NCBI GenBank assembly: GCA_963850305.1 | Contig: CAWKKR010000001.1 | Coordinates: 480,001-544,000 of the forward strand | Source of the DNA: an uncultured delta proteobacterium | GTDB lineage: Bacteria; Myxococcota_A; Polyangia; Polyangiales; Polyangiaceae | Direction of reading: 5' to 3' | Length of the DNA: 64,000 nucleotides | In this document: positions 36,410 to 45,974 of the stretch, one piece after another | How positions within the stretch are numbered: the stretch's first letter is position 1 | How the letters are laid out: every line of letters begins with the position of its first letter | Translations under genes and position numbers: made by a program | Notes under the pieces: model-generated | Database searches by the model: none | The model's input: the letters and a program-made list of their open reading frames with translations, nothing else | Told to the model about the DNA's origin: nothing

Positions 36410-39400
36410 TCACTGCTCGCTGTCGTCCCAGGGCGCGCCGAGCCGCTTGAGCGCCGCCTTGGCCTCGTCCCGGAACGGCGAGTTCGCGGGACCGGTCTTC
36501 AAGAACGCCTGCCAGTGCGGTATGGCTGCCGGCGTCATTCCCAGGCTCACCGCCGCCAAGCGGTGTGCTTCGAAGAGCCAGGGTGCGCTGAGGTTCTGCG
36601 CCGCGGCGAGCTCGATCGCCTTCTTCAACTGTTCGGCGGCCTGGCCATTTTGCGAGCGCAGGCTGAGCATCTTTCCGTAATTGAATCGCCACGTCGCTTC
36701 GTTCGGGTTTGCGGCAAGGGCCTTCTGCCACTCCGCGAGCGCAAGATCCTCCTTTCCGAGATCGTCGTACGCGCGGGCCAGATCCGCGTGGGCCTCGAAC
36801 CGCGAGGGACGGAGTTCGAGAGCCTTCTTCAGATCCTCCACTGCGTCTTTCGCCCGCGTCTCGCGAACGCGTAACACGCCGCGCTGCCAGTAGGCATCGG
36901 CCAGACCCTGATCCAGTTCGAGCGCTCGTTTGAGTGCAACCGAGGCCTCCCCGATGTCACCCCCCTCGTTCGATGCCCATCCGACGTAGAGCTGGTATTC
37001 CGCGTGGTTCGGATCGATCTGAATCGCGCGCTCGAACTCCTTGATGGAATCCTGGAACTCTCGCTTCGCCATGAGCGCTCGGCCCAGACAGAAGTGTGTC
37101 TCCGCCGACGCCGGTCGCTGTTCGAGCACCTTCTTGAGGATCTTCTCGGCTTCATCGCCGTCGCCGGCGTCCGCTTTCCCGCAGCCGACCTTGAGCATCA
37201 GGTCCGGATCATTCGGAGCTTTCGCGAGCGCGGACTCGTATTCGTGCAGCGCCTCTTCCGTGCGCCCAGATTCCTGGAACAGGACCCCGCGTTCGAGAGC
37301 GAGGCCTGGAAAGTCGCGGTCCACCTTGGCCACGGCGTCGAAGATTTCGAGCGCCTTGTCGAACTCGCGCTCCCGAACCAGCGCCGTTCCGACGAGGAAC
37401 CGTGCTTCGATATCGTCCGGATCGAGCTCGATGGCATGTTCGAAGGCCGTCAGTCCGTCCGCGTAGCGTCCCTGCGTCATTGCCACGTGGCCCAGCGCCT
37501 TGTAGAGCGCGGGTGACGCGGGCAAGCGCTTCTGCGCGTCGGAGAGCGTCTCGTTCGCCGCGTCGAGCTTCCCGATCTGGCTCAGCACGCCCGCGAGCGC
37601 AATATACGGGAGCACCGCATCCGGCGCGTCCATGCCGTTTGCGATGGACTCTCTGTAGGCCGCCTCCGCTCCCTTGCGGTCGCCCAAAGCCTCCAGAACT
37701 CGGCCGTACCAGTAGTCGACCTGCATATCCTTCGGATAATTTTTCCAGAGCTTGACGAGCATGTCGCGCGCCTCTTCGGGGCGCTCCAGTTCGAGACTCG
37801 ACTTGGCGACCCCGACCTGGGCTACGAGGTCGTCTGGATCTGCCTGCGCTGCGGCCTTGAAGCGGGCAATCGCCTGTGAGTAGCGCCCTGCGCGGAATAG
37901 CGTCTCGCCGAGGCCGGCCAATGCCCGGGCGCCCCTCGCATTCGCCTTCATCATGTCCGCGATCTTGATGGCGTCATTGAACGCCTGCTCCGCCTGCGAG
38001 ACGCGACCGCGATCGAGATGAATCTCGCCCATCAGCGATTCCGCTTCGATCCTCTCCTCGGGACCCGCGTACTCCGGGTGCGACAATATCTCCTCGAGCA
38101 GCTTGGTCGACACCGTCTCGTCGCGCTTGGTGCTCCAGCTATTTTCCGCAAGCAGAAGCCGAGCGCCGACGTGATGCGGGCTCGCCGCGATCGTTGCTTC
38201 TGCCAGTTTCTGGGCTCCCGGAACGTCACCCCCGAGAAGCGTCGCGCGCGCCAGGCCGTACGACGTCCGCGGGCTCTTCTCGAGCGCGGCCGCCACTTTC
38301 CACGCAGCAAGCGCGGCCGGCGCGTCATGGGCCTTGAGCTCGACCTCGCCACGAACGATGGCAACGTCGACATCTCTCGGCATACTCGCCGCGAGGCGCT
38401 GGAGAAGCTGCCGCGCCTTCGCGATCTCGCCGTCCACGCCGGCCTTGGCCGCCTGGGCGAGGTCGAGCTTGTCAATGCCATTGGAGTCGGCGATCTCGTC
38501 GAGTCCGACCTTTGCGTCGGCGTAGATCTCGCTGCCGCCGCCGAACCTGAGGATCCGAGAAAACCCGACGAAGGAGGTGTATGCGACGAGCGGCTTGTAG
38601 CGACGCGCTTGTGTGGCGGCACTCGACACGGCCTTCATCGCCGCATCGGCGTCCGGGTAGGTGTCAGAGGCGAGCGCGCGGTGCACGGCGTCGGCGGCGC
38701 CGGCCAGGATTCGCTCGTAGTCGCCTCGACGCAGCTGATCGACGACGAAATACGCTCCGAACGGGCCTAGTGACGGCACGAGCGTCAGCGCGCCTCCGGC
38801 AAGCGCAGTAGCCACGATGGTCGCCACGGCAACCCGGAGCCGTTGTTTCCGACGCTTCGATTGAATCTCCGCGACGGCCCCGCCGGGAGCAGCGGCCACG
38901 CGCGTTCGCGCAACCGGCTCCGCAGGCGCGTTCTCCTCGCCGGGCAGCCCCGCGAACTCTGCCGCGTCGCCAGGCTCACCCTGAGGGAGGTCGCCCTCGA
39001 TCGCGACCCCACCGCCGTCGTCTTGAAGGTTGACCTCCCCGTAGGCGACGCCGCCGCCGGCCTTTCGCACGATCTCCTCGACCTGCTGCGGCGGCGCGAA
39101 CTCGCGACTGTCAGGAGGTACCGATTGTCCGAAACCACCATCCCCGAACGGACCACCGTCCGAAGCTTCGGGGGGCGTCCCGAACGGATCGCCCGCGGGA
39201 CCCGCGGCCCCGAAATGCTCTGCGCTCGCACTGGCGAAGGCATCCGGTGCGGGTCCCCCGAAGGCATCAGAGTCGCCAAACGGGTCCGGCGCAGCGCCCC
39301 CAAACTGGGGCGGCTCGCTGAATGAAACCGGCGGAGCGGCATTGCCGAATGGATCGTCCGAGGAGGGGATCGGCAACCCTGCCGCGTTCGCGGGCAACCC

Positions 39401-40450
39401 TGCTGCGTTCGCGGGCAATCCTGCTGCGTTCGCAGGCAATCCTACCGCCGCCGGCGACGGTAGATTGCCCCCGACGATCGGCAGATCGAGCTCTCCGAAG
39501 CCACCAGCACCGCCTTCTGCTCGAGAGAAGGACGGCAAATCCGCACGAGCGCTGGGGGAGGGTAAATCCGCCCCGGAGCCCAGGGACGGTAAATCCGCTC
39601 CCGAGCCCAGCGAGGGTAGGTCGTCGCCGAAACCGCGCGCTTTCACGCCGTCCGCGACCGAAGGCAGGTCGAACGCGTGCGAGGCAGCCGGAAGATCGAA
39701 CTCGTCCGTCGATCGAGAAGGCGCGCCACGGTGGGGTGCCCCGGACGTGACTGCTGGAAGATCGACGGCTGCGCGGGGAACCGCCGGCAGATCGATATTC
39801 CCTGGCCGAGTTCTCGGCGACGTCACTGTGCGGGGCACGGCGGGAAAATCCAGCTCTTCGAAGGGATCCGCTGCGGGTTGCGTCGGCTCCACTTCGGTGA
39901 ACGGATCGCGCACAGCGGGACGGGGCGTGACAGAGGGAGTCCCCATTGATCGCGTGGGGATGCCCCGGCGCGGCGGCATGGGCGGGGGCGCCGGTGACGG
40001 TAGATCGGCCTGATCGAGCGTCGCTGGCCGCGGGACGGTTCTCTTCGCCGGGCCGGGTGCCCGGAGGGCGGGCACGTCCAGCTCACCGAAAGGATCCGCG
40101 GCGTCGCGCGGCGCCGCGGGCATCGGCAGATCGACGTTGTCCGGCGGCGGTTCTGGAGCGCGCACGGGCGCTTGAATCCGTGGGGGTGCGACTCCGATCA
40201 TCGTCCCCTTCATCGCCGGCTTTTTTTTCGGAAGCGGCGGCCTCGCTGGCGGCGTATCGCCCTCGATCCCTCCCAGTGCGGCACCGAGCACCGGACTGGT
40301 CGGTGAGGTCCCGCGCGGATCGGCCGGCGGCGGCTCGACCTGGAAACTCGTGCCGCACTTCGGGCAACGCATCTTCAAGCCGCTCGGCGGGACGCGGCGC
40401 TCGTCGACCTGATACGGAGCCTTGCACCCCGGGCACTCGACTTTGAACAT
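36410..40450 (-). CDS. Zinc-ribbon (MJ0042-type) / low-complexity linker / TM / TPR protein, 1346 aa
   Basis: N-terminal CPGC...CPKC; Pro/Gly linker with DLP repeats; TM LRVAVATIVATALAGGALTLV after KRRKQR; numerous TPRs (AIELDPDD, ALAKAPND, AIQIDPNH). Confidence 0.88.
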   Translation of the reverse strand: MFKVECPGCKAPYQVDERRVPPSGLKMRCPKCGTSFQVEPPPADPRGTSPTSPVLGAALGGIEGDTPPARPPLPKKKPAMKGTMIGVAPPRIQAPVRAPEPPPDNVDLPMPAAPRDAADPFGELDVPALRAPGPAKRTVPRPATLDQADLPSPAPPPMPPRRGIPTRSMGTPSVTPRPAVRDPFTEVEPTQPAADPFEELDFPAVPRTVTSPRTRPGNIDLPAVPRAAVDLPAVTSGAPHRGAPSRSTDEFDLPAASHAFDLPSVADGVKARGFGDDLPSLGSGADLPSLGSGADLPSPSARADLPSFSRAEGGAGGFGELDLPIVGGNLPSPAAVGLPANAAGLPANAAGLPANAAGLPIPSSDDPFGNAAPPVSFSEPPQFGGAAPDPFGDSDAFGGPAPDAFASASAEHFGAAGPAGDPFGTPPEASDGGPFGDGGFGQSVPPDSREFAPPQQVEEIVRKAGGGVAYGEVNLQDDGGGVAIEGDLPQGEPGDAAEFAGLPGEENAPAEPVARTRVAAAPGGAVAEIQSKRRKQRLRVAVATIVATALAGGALTLVPSLGPFGAYFVVDQLRRGDYERILAGAADAVHRALASDTYPDADAAMKAVSSAATQARRYKPLVAYTSFVGFSRILRFGGGSEIYADAKVGLDEIADSNGIDKLDLAQAAKAGVDGEIAKARQLLQRLAASMPRDVDVAIVRGEVELKAHDAPAALAAWKVAAALEKSPRTSYGLARATLLGGDVPGAQKLAEATIAASPHHVGARLLLAENSWSTKRDETVSTKLLEEILSHPEYAGPEERIEAESLMGEIHLDRGRVSQAEQAFNDAIKIADMMKANARGARALAGLGETLFRAGRYSQAIARFKAAAQADPDDLVAQVGVAKSSLELERPEEARDMLVKLWKNYPKDMQVDYWYGRVLEALGDRKGAEAAYRESIANGMDAPDAVLPYIALAGVLSQIGKLDAANETLSDAQKRLPASPALYKALGHVAMTQGRYADGLTAFEHAIELDPDDIEARFLVGTALVREREFDKALEIFDAVAKVDRDFPGLALERGVLFQESGRTEEALHEYESALAKAPNDPDLMLKVGCGKADAGDGDEAEKILKKVLEQRPASAETHFCLGRALMAKREFQDSIKEFERAIQIDPNHAEYQLYVGWASNEGGDIGEASVALKRALELDQGLADAYWQRGVLRVRETRAKDAVEDLKKALELRPSRFEAHADLARAYDDLGKEDLALAEWQKALAANPNEATWRFNYGKMLSLRSQNGQAAEQLKKAIELAAAQNLSAPWLFEAHRLAAVSLGMTPAAIPHWQAFLKTGPANSPFRDEAKAALKRLGAPWDDSEQ
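39379..39620 (-). repeat. Intragenic coding repeats (AGLPANA x3, DLPSLGSGA x2) in the zinc-ribbon/TPR linker
   Basis: 21-bp units CCTGC(C/T)GCGTTCGC(G/A)GGCAA(C/T) and 27-bp near-duplicates. Confidence 0.8.
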
Positions 40451-40552
40451 CGATCGTCACCATTTTAGCAGGTAGCCGCCCAAGTCATCTCCCCAAATCG
40501 GAACGAAGGCTCGCGCCCGCCTTTGCATCCATGATAGGCGGATTGGCGATCC

Positions 40553-41092
40553 ATGGCGCTCACGCGGACGTCCGTCGTCGGGGCGGCGCTCGTCGCTGCT
40601 GCTGCGGTGTGGGCGACGGTCAGCCTCCGCAGCAGGGAGTTTCGGGTGCCCGAGCACGTACCCGAGGCCAAAAGCCCACAGCCAACCGCGCCTGCGGCCG
40701 CGTCGTCGATTCCGGAGCTCGACCCCTCGGCGCTCGGCGTTCCCCTTCCGGCGGGTCGGGCTGTGCCGGACCTTCCGCCGGATGCGCCGGCGCGCGCCTC
40801 GTTCGGTGTCGTGCTCATCACGTATCGAGGTGCGGAGTCTGCGCCGCCGGATGCGCGGCCGAAGGACGCAGCGCTGAAGCTCGCGCAGGCGCTGCTGCCC
40901 GACGCGAAGCTGAACTTCGACGAGGCAGTAAAGAAGGGGGACACGGGCTCGACCGTCGACGCCGGGATGATACCGAGGGGCGTCCTCGAGCCCGAGGTCG
41001 AATACGCACTCTTCACGCTAAAAAAGGGACAAGTCTACGACTCTCCCCTCGACACGCCAAGAGGGTTTTGGATTCTCCGGCGGAATAAGTGA
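40553..41092 (+). CDS. Parvulin (rotamase)-fold protein with N-terminal membrane anchor
   Basis: VLITYRGA...FDEAVK...DAGMIPRGVLEPEVEYALFTLKKGQV...DTPRGFWILRR. Confidence 0.8.
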   Translation: MALTRTSVVGAALVAAAAVWATVSLRSREFRVPEHVPEAKSPQPTAPAAASSIPELDPSALGVPLPAGRAVPDLPPDAPARASFGVVLITYRGAESAPPDARPKDAALKLAQALLPDAKLNFDEAVKKGDTGSTVDAGMIPRGVLEPEVEYALFTLKKGQVYDSPLDTPRGFWILRRNK

Positions 41093-41255
41093 GCGGCTGT
41101 CCAGAAAGCGGGCCGGGCTAAACCCCTGGAGCCGTGCACGGCGGAGGTGACTCGATACCCGCCGCGAGTTCGCTGGTCGAAGCGTGCTCGAATCGCATAC
41201 AGTCGATGCGTGTCGCGTGCGCGCTTTGTCGGGCGCCTCGGGCACCCGCGCGTCG

Positions 41256-44200
41256 ATGTCGTTCTCCCTTCCCCCGAACTCCACTCCGCTCGATCCGCTC
41301 GTAAACGAAACCTTGGCCATGCTTCGCCGGGAATGCGAGGCGACCGAAGTCGAGGCGCGGCGAGGAATTCTTCTTCACGAGATCGGCATCCTCGAGGACG
41401 CGACCCGGAACGACGGTCAAGCCGCGCGGGATCTCCTCACCGCCGTCAACACGCTCCCCGAATTCCACGAACCACTCGAGCGGCTCGTGGCGGTCATCGA
41501 GCGTCGCAAGTCGTACAAGAACCTCGGAAAGCTCGTCGATCGACTGGCCAAGATCGCCGAGTCACCCGAGGAACTCGCGCGCGCGCTGGTCGCGCTTTCA
41601 GAACTCCGCGAAGATCATGAAAGCGATCTCGCGGGGTCGCGAGAAGCCCTCGAGCGCGCCACGCAAACCAAGGGGGATGATGTCGATGCCTGGCTGTCGC
41701 TGGAACGTCTAGCCGCGCGCGTGGGCGACAGCGAAGTTCGTCGCCGCGCCCTTGCCGCGCGCGCTGATCTCGCGGTGCATCCCGAATGGCGTGCTCTTCT
41801 TTCCATCGACGTCGGAAGGCTTCACGCGGAGGCCGGCGACGTCGATGCCGCCATCCGCTCGGTGGATCGCGCGCTCGCCGCCAAGAGTGCCGCTTCCCTT
41901 GGCGCGCTCGCCGAACTCGAACGAGTGGGGACATCGTCGGGGCGGACCGACCTGGTCCTGCGCGCACTCGAAGAACGGGCGACTCTGCTCGAACGGGCGG
42001 TACGCGGCGACGACGAGGCAGAACCGCGGGGCGTACCCGCTGAGCTGCGGTCTGCCGGACATGTCGCGGAGGCCTGGCTTCGCGCCGGGGACATTTATCG
42101 CGCCCAGGGGGCCACCGATCGCGCGACCACGCTCCTGGACCGCGTCAGGGAACGTCTCCCTGATGACTCGATCGCGGCGCGCCTCCGGCTTCGCGCCGCC
42201 GAGGCGGCAGGAGACGCCGCGACCGCAGCTGCGCTCGCGCAGAGCGAGCTCGGCCGGGACACGCGGGGCCCGGTCGCCGCGGGACTCTGGATGCGGGTGG
42301 CGGAAGCAGCCGCCTCGAACGGCGAGGCGACCACCGCCTTGGATGCACTTGCGAAGGCCCTCTCCGAGGACCCCAAGAGTCTCCCGGCGCGCACTCTCGA
42401 ACTGGATCTACTCGGTGGGTCGGGTCTTCACGCTGCTCTGTCTTCGGCGCTGGAGTCGGCCGCCGAAAATCTCGAGAGTCCGGCACTGGCGGCGCAACTG
42501 TTCCTCTTGGCCGCAGACTCGGCGGCGCGCGGGGCGCAAGATCCCAGCGCAGCGAAGGCCTCACTGTCTCAAGCGGCCGCAGCAGGCGCACCCCTCGAAA
42601 TCGTCGCGCGGACCGGCCGCATGCTCGCCGCGCTCTCACGGGATGCGACCTGGGTAGACGAGGCAACTCGACGCCTGCTGGCAACCAACCCGCCGGACGC
42701 CGAGCGCGCGAGCCTTTGGTTCGAGACGATCCGTTCGAAGCTACTCCGCGACGACGTCGGCGCGGCCATCGACGCGGCCACGTCGCTCTCGAGCGTGCCC
42801 GGTGCCGCGTGGCTCGCCGCCGCCCTTCACGCCTACGCAACCTCGGCGCGAAAGAATACCGAGTCCAAGGTCGTGCGAGGAGCTCCCGCGCTCGCGGCGC
42901 TCGCGGCGCTCACCGAAGAATCGTCTCTGGCGGCGGGCTTCCGCCTCGCGGCGGCGCTCCGCTATCAGACGGGAGGCCAGCTCGACGAGGCGATCGCGGT
43001 TCTGGGCGAACTTCACAGGTCCGATCCATCACATCTCGTCGCGGCCGTGGCCCTCGCGGCGTTGCATCGTCGGCAGGATCGACCGCTGCAGGCCGCAGAC
43101 GTGCTCGAGACGACGAGCACGAAACTCGACGACCGTGCCGTCGCGGCGGCGCTCGAACTGGAGGCCGGCATTCTGCGCTGGCTGGCGGGCAGCAGAGAAG
43201 GAGCGATCGCGGCGTTCGAAACCGCTACGTCGAATTCGCCGAGTGCGGGCTCGAGCTTGCTTGCCTGGTCTCTCCGCGCTGCACACCCGAACGACGTCGA
43301 TGCACGAAGGAAGGCGCTGAAGACAACGCTCACGAACGAGGACCCCGGGGCGATGGCCGTCGAGCGGTTCGCGCTGGAGGTGGGCGCCGGCGGGGAGCGC
43401 CATGCGGCAGTCGCGGCAGTTTCGAACGCCGAGAGCGGTGGTTCCATCGGCTTCGCGCTCGACCTCATCCGTGCCCTCTTCGACGGAGGCCAGCCCGGCG
43501 AACGAGCCGCAGCGCGCGCTGCCATCGCGCGACGGGGCGACGCGGCGGCGGCCATCGCCCACGCTGCCGCGCATCTCGAGAACGTCACGAACCGCGATCT
43601 GGACGCGCGTAGTCGGGAAGCCGGCGCCGCGGACTGGGCGACCGTCGATCATTCGCTCGGTGCCGCGCTCGAATGGCTCGCACACTCGATGGCTGCAGGC
43701 GACGTGGAGCGCGAGATCTCGGCTCGGGAGTGCGTCGCGATGCGTCTGGGCGAACCGCTGGGGTCGACCGTGCTCGCGAGCGCGCGCATCGTCGGACGGC
43801 TTGCCCACGACAATCTCGCATCGCCGCTGCTTCCCGGAAAAGACCCGGCGACGCTCCTTTCGAATCTGGAACTCGCTCCGCCGTCCTGCGACCCGCGACG
43901 ACGCGCAGCCGTCCTCATAGATGCCGCAGCGGCACTGGACGCGGGGTCGTCGGGCGCGACGCTCGCGCTGGCGGGCTGGAACCTGCTTGCGGCGGGCGAC
44001 GCCGCTCGTGCCATCCGCGCGTTCCGCAGCTACGTGACGATTCACGATGCGGACATCGTGGGCTGGGAGGGGTTGCGCGCCGCGGCGGAGCTCGCCGTGG
44101 ACAAGCCGCTCCTCGCGGAGGCCTCCGCCGCTCTGGGCGATCTCGTGAGCGATCCCGGTCAGGGTGCGGAGCTCTGGGAGCGCGCGGCAACGCTCCTTCT

Positions 44201-45974
44201 CGACGAATTGAACGACCCGATGCGCGGCGAAGCGGCGCTCGGCAGGTCGATTGAACGTGACATAGGGCGGCACTCGGCCTTCGACCGTCTCTTTCGAATC
44301 GTCCGGGCGCGTCGCGACGGGCCGCGCCTCATCGATCTCGTTTCCGCACGCCTGGCGGTCGCGGAGGATCCCGCGGAGATCGCCAAGCTCTACTGGGAGC
44401 GGGCACGCGCGTTGCGCGAGGCAGGAGATTCCGACGGCGCGCTCGAGGCCCTCGAGAACGTCGCGATGCTCGAGCCGGATCACGTCGGCGCGCTGGCTCT
44501 GACCGGCGAAATTTACATCACGACGAAGCGCTTCGCGGAGGCCGCCGAGAGTCTCGCGCGGCTCTCGGGGCTCGCCGCGGCACCTGCGCAGCAACGGCTG
44601 ATGAGCGGGGTCGCGGCGGTCGACCTCTACGAGAATCGACTCGGCCAGCTCGACCGGGCACTCGAAGTGCTCGTGAAGATGCACGCGTCCGGACTCGCCA
44701 CGATGCCCGTCCGGGAACGCCTTGCGCGCGCGGCGGCGAAGGCCGAATCCTGGGAAAATGCGGCCACGGCGCTCGAAGAGTTGATGGAGCAGCGAGAAGG
44801 GAGTGAGGGGCGGGTCGAAGCGGCGCGCCTCGCGATGGCCGTGCACCGAGATCGAATCGGCGACCCTGCGCGGGCCGAGCGAGCGGTTGCACGACTCCTC
44901 GATGAAGCTCCAGGCGACGGCGAAGCCCTGGATCTCGTTCTGTCCGGGGTCTTCCCGAAGCCCATCACGCGAAGACTGCTGGAGCGAGGACGCACGGCAA
45001 CCGTCGACGCCCTGATCGACGCGCCTCTCGACCTCGAGCGGGTCTTGCGTCTGTCGGAGATCGCCAAGCAACTCGACGACATCCAGCTGCGGCAAGCGGC
45101 GCTCGGCGCGGCGGTTGCGCTCGGCGGTCAGACGCAGGAAATGCTCGAGGAGCTGCGAGTCCTCGATGGGCGGATCGCGCGTGTTCCGCAGATCGCGATC
45201 GACGATCGCGTCGTTGGCAGCCTGCGCGACGCCGAGGACCGCGGACCCATTCCGGAGCTGTTTCGGATGCTGGCGTCGACACTCGCGGAGGCGCTCGGGC
45301 CCGGGCTCGCCGCGCTCGGGGTCGGCAAGAAAGAGCGAATTCGCCCGCAGGACGGGTTGCCCCTTAGAAACGAAATAGCGGCATGGACAGGGGCTCTCGG
45401 ACTGGGGGAGTTCGACCTCTATCTCGGCGGACGCGACAGCGACGGAATCTGTGCGATCCCGACGGAAGTCCCCGCCATCGTCGTCGGTGCCGGAGTTTCT
45501 CATCCGCTCGACGCGGCGCACCGCGCGACACTTGCACGAGAGCTGCTCGGACTGAAACTCGGAACGACGATCCTGCGCCACCGCGACCCGACCGACATCG
45601 CGGCCCTCGTCACGGCGGCTTGCAGCGTCTCTGGAGTGAATCTCGACGCGCCGGCTTACGCGATGCTCGGTGAGTTCGAGCGGCAGCTTTCGAAGGAGAT
45701 CCCGAGACGCCTGCGGAAACCGCTGCAAGATCTGGCAAACTCCATTGCTGCTTCCGGAGACGACCCCATCGCGTGGGTGCGCGCAGCGCGGAGCAGCCTG
45801 GATCGAATGGCCGCGGTGGCGATAGGCGATGTCTCGTGGGTACTCGTCGGCGGCGAGCGCGGCGTCGCTCCGCGGACGAGCGAGGACAAGCTGCGCGCGG
45901 GCCGCGCGCTCTCGTTCGTCGTGTCGCAGGCGTTTTTCTCCGTTCGAGACAAGCTCGGCATGGGGGTCAGGTGA
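41256..45974 (+). CDS. Giant TPR/alpha-solenoid protein (~1570 aa) with C-terminal M48-like domain
   Basis: TPR-like helices throughout (LEPDHVGALALTGEIY, ALSEDPKS). Start at ATG 41256 or TTG 41184. No signal peptide evident. Confidence 0.8.
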   Translation: MSFSLPPNSTPLDPLVNETLAMLRRECEATEVEARRGILLHEIGILEDATRNDGQAARDLLTAVNTLPEFHEPLERLVAVIERRKSYKNLGKLVDRLAKIAESPEELARALVALSELREDHESDLAGSREALERATQTKGDDVDAWLSLERLAARVGDSEVRRRALAARADLAVHPEWRALLSIDVGRLHAEAGDVDAAIRSVDRALAAKSAASLGALAELERVGTSSGRTDLVLRALEERATLLERAVRGDDEAEPRGVPAELRSAGHVAEAWLRAGDIYRAQGATDRATTLLDRVRERLPDDSIAARLRLRAAEAAGDAATAAALAQSELGRDTRGPVAAGLWMRVAEAAASNGEATTALDALAKALSEDPKSLPARTLELDLLGGSGLHAALSSALESAAENLESPALAAQLFLLAADSAARGAQDPSAAKASLSQAAAAGAPLEIVARTGRMLAALSRDATWVDEATRRLLATNPPDAERASLWFETIRSKLLRDDVGAAIDAATSLSSVPGAAWLAAALHAYATSARKNTESKVVRGAPALAALAALTEESSLAAGFRLAAALRYQTGGQLDEAIAVLGELHRSDPSHLVAAVALAALHRRQDRPLQAADVLETTSTKLDDRAVAAALELEAGILRWLAGSREGAIAAFETATSNSPSAGSSLLAWSLRAAHPNDVDARRKALKTTLTNEDPGAMAVERFALEVGAGGERHAAVAAVSNAESGGSIGFALDLIRALFDGGQPGERAAARAAIARRGDAAAAIAHAAAHLENVTNRDLDARSREAGAADWATVDHSLGAALEWLAHSMAAGDVEREISARECVAMRLGEPLGSTVLASARIVGRLAHDNLASPLLPGKDPATLLSNLELAPPSCDPRRRAAVLIDAAAALDAGSSGATLALAGWNLLAAGDAARAIRAFRSYVTIHDADIVGWEGLRAAAELAVDKPLLAEASAALGDLVSDPGQGAELWERAATLLLDELNDPMRGEAALGRSIERDIGRHSAFDRLFRIVRARRDGPRLIDLVSARLAVAEDPAEIAKLYWERARALREAGDSDGALEALENVAMLEPDHVGALALTGEIYITTKRFAEAAESLARLSGLAAAPAQQRLMSGVAAVDLYENRLGQLDRALEVLVKMHASGLATMPVRERLARAAAKAESWENAATALEELMEQREGSEGRVEAARLAMAVHRDRIGDPARAERAVARLLDEAPGDGEALDLVLSGVFPKPITRRLLERGRTATVDALIDAPLDLERVLRLSEIAKQLDDIQLRQAALGAAVALGGQTQEMLEELRVLDGRIARVPQIAIDDRVVGSLRDAEDRGPIPELFRMLASTLAEALGPGLAALGVGKKERIRPQDGLPLRNEIAAWTGALGLGEFDLYLGGRDSDGICAIPTEVPAIVVGAGVSHPLDAAHRATLARELLGLKLGTTILRHRDPTDIAALVTAACSVSGVNLDAPAYAMLGEFERQLSKEIPRRLRKPLQDLANSIAASGDDPIAWVRAARSSLDRMAAVAIGDVSWVLVGGERGVAPRTSEDKLRAGRALSFVVSQAFFSVRDKLGMGVR

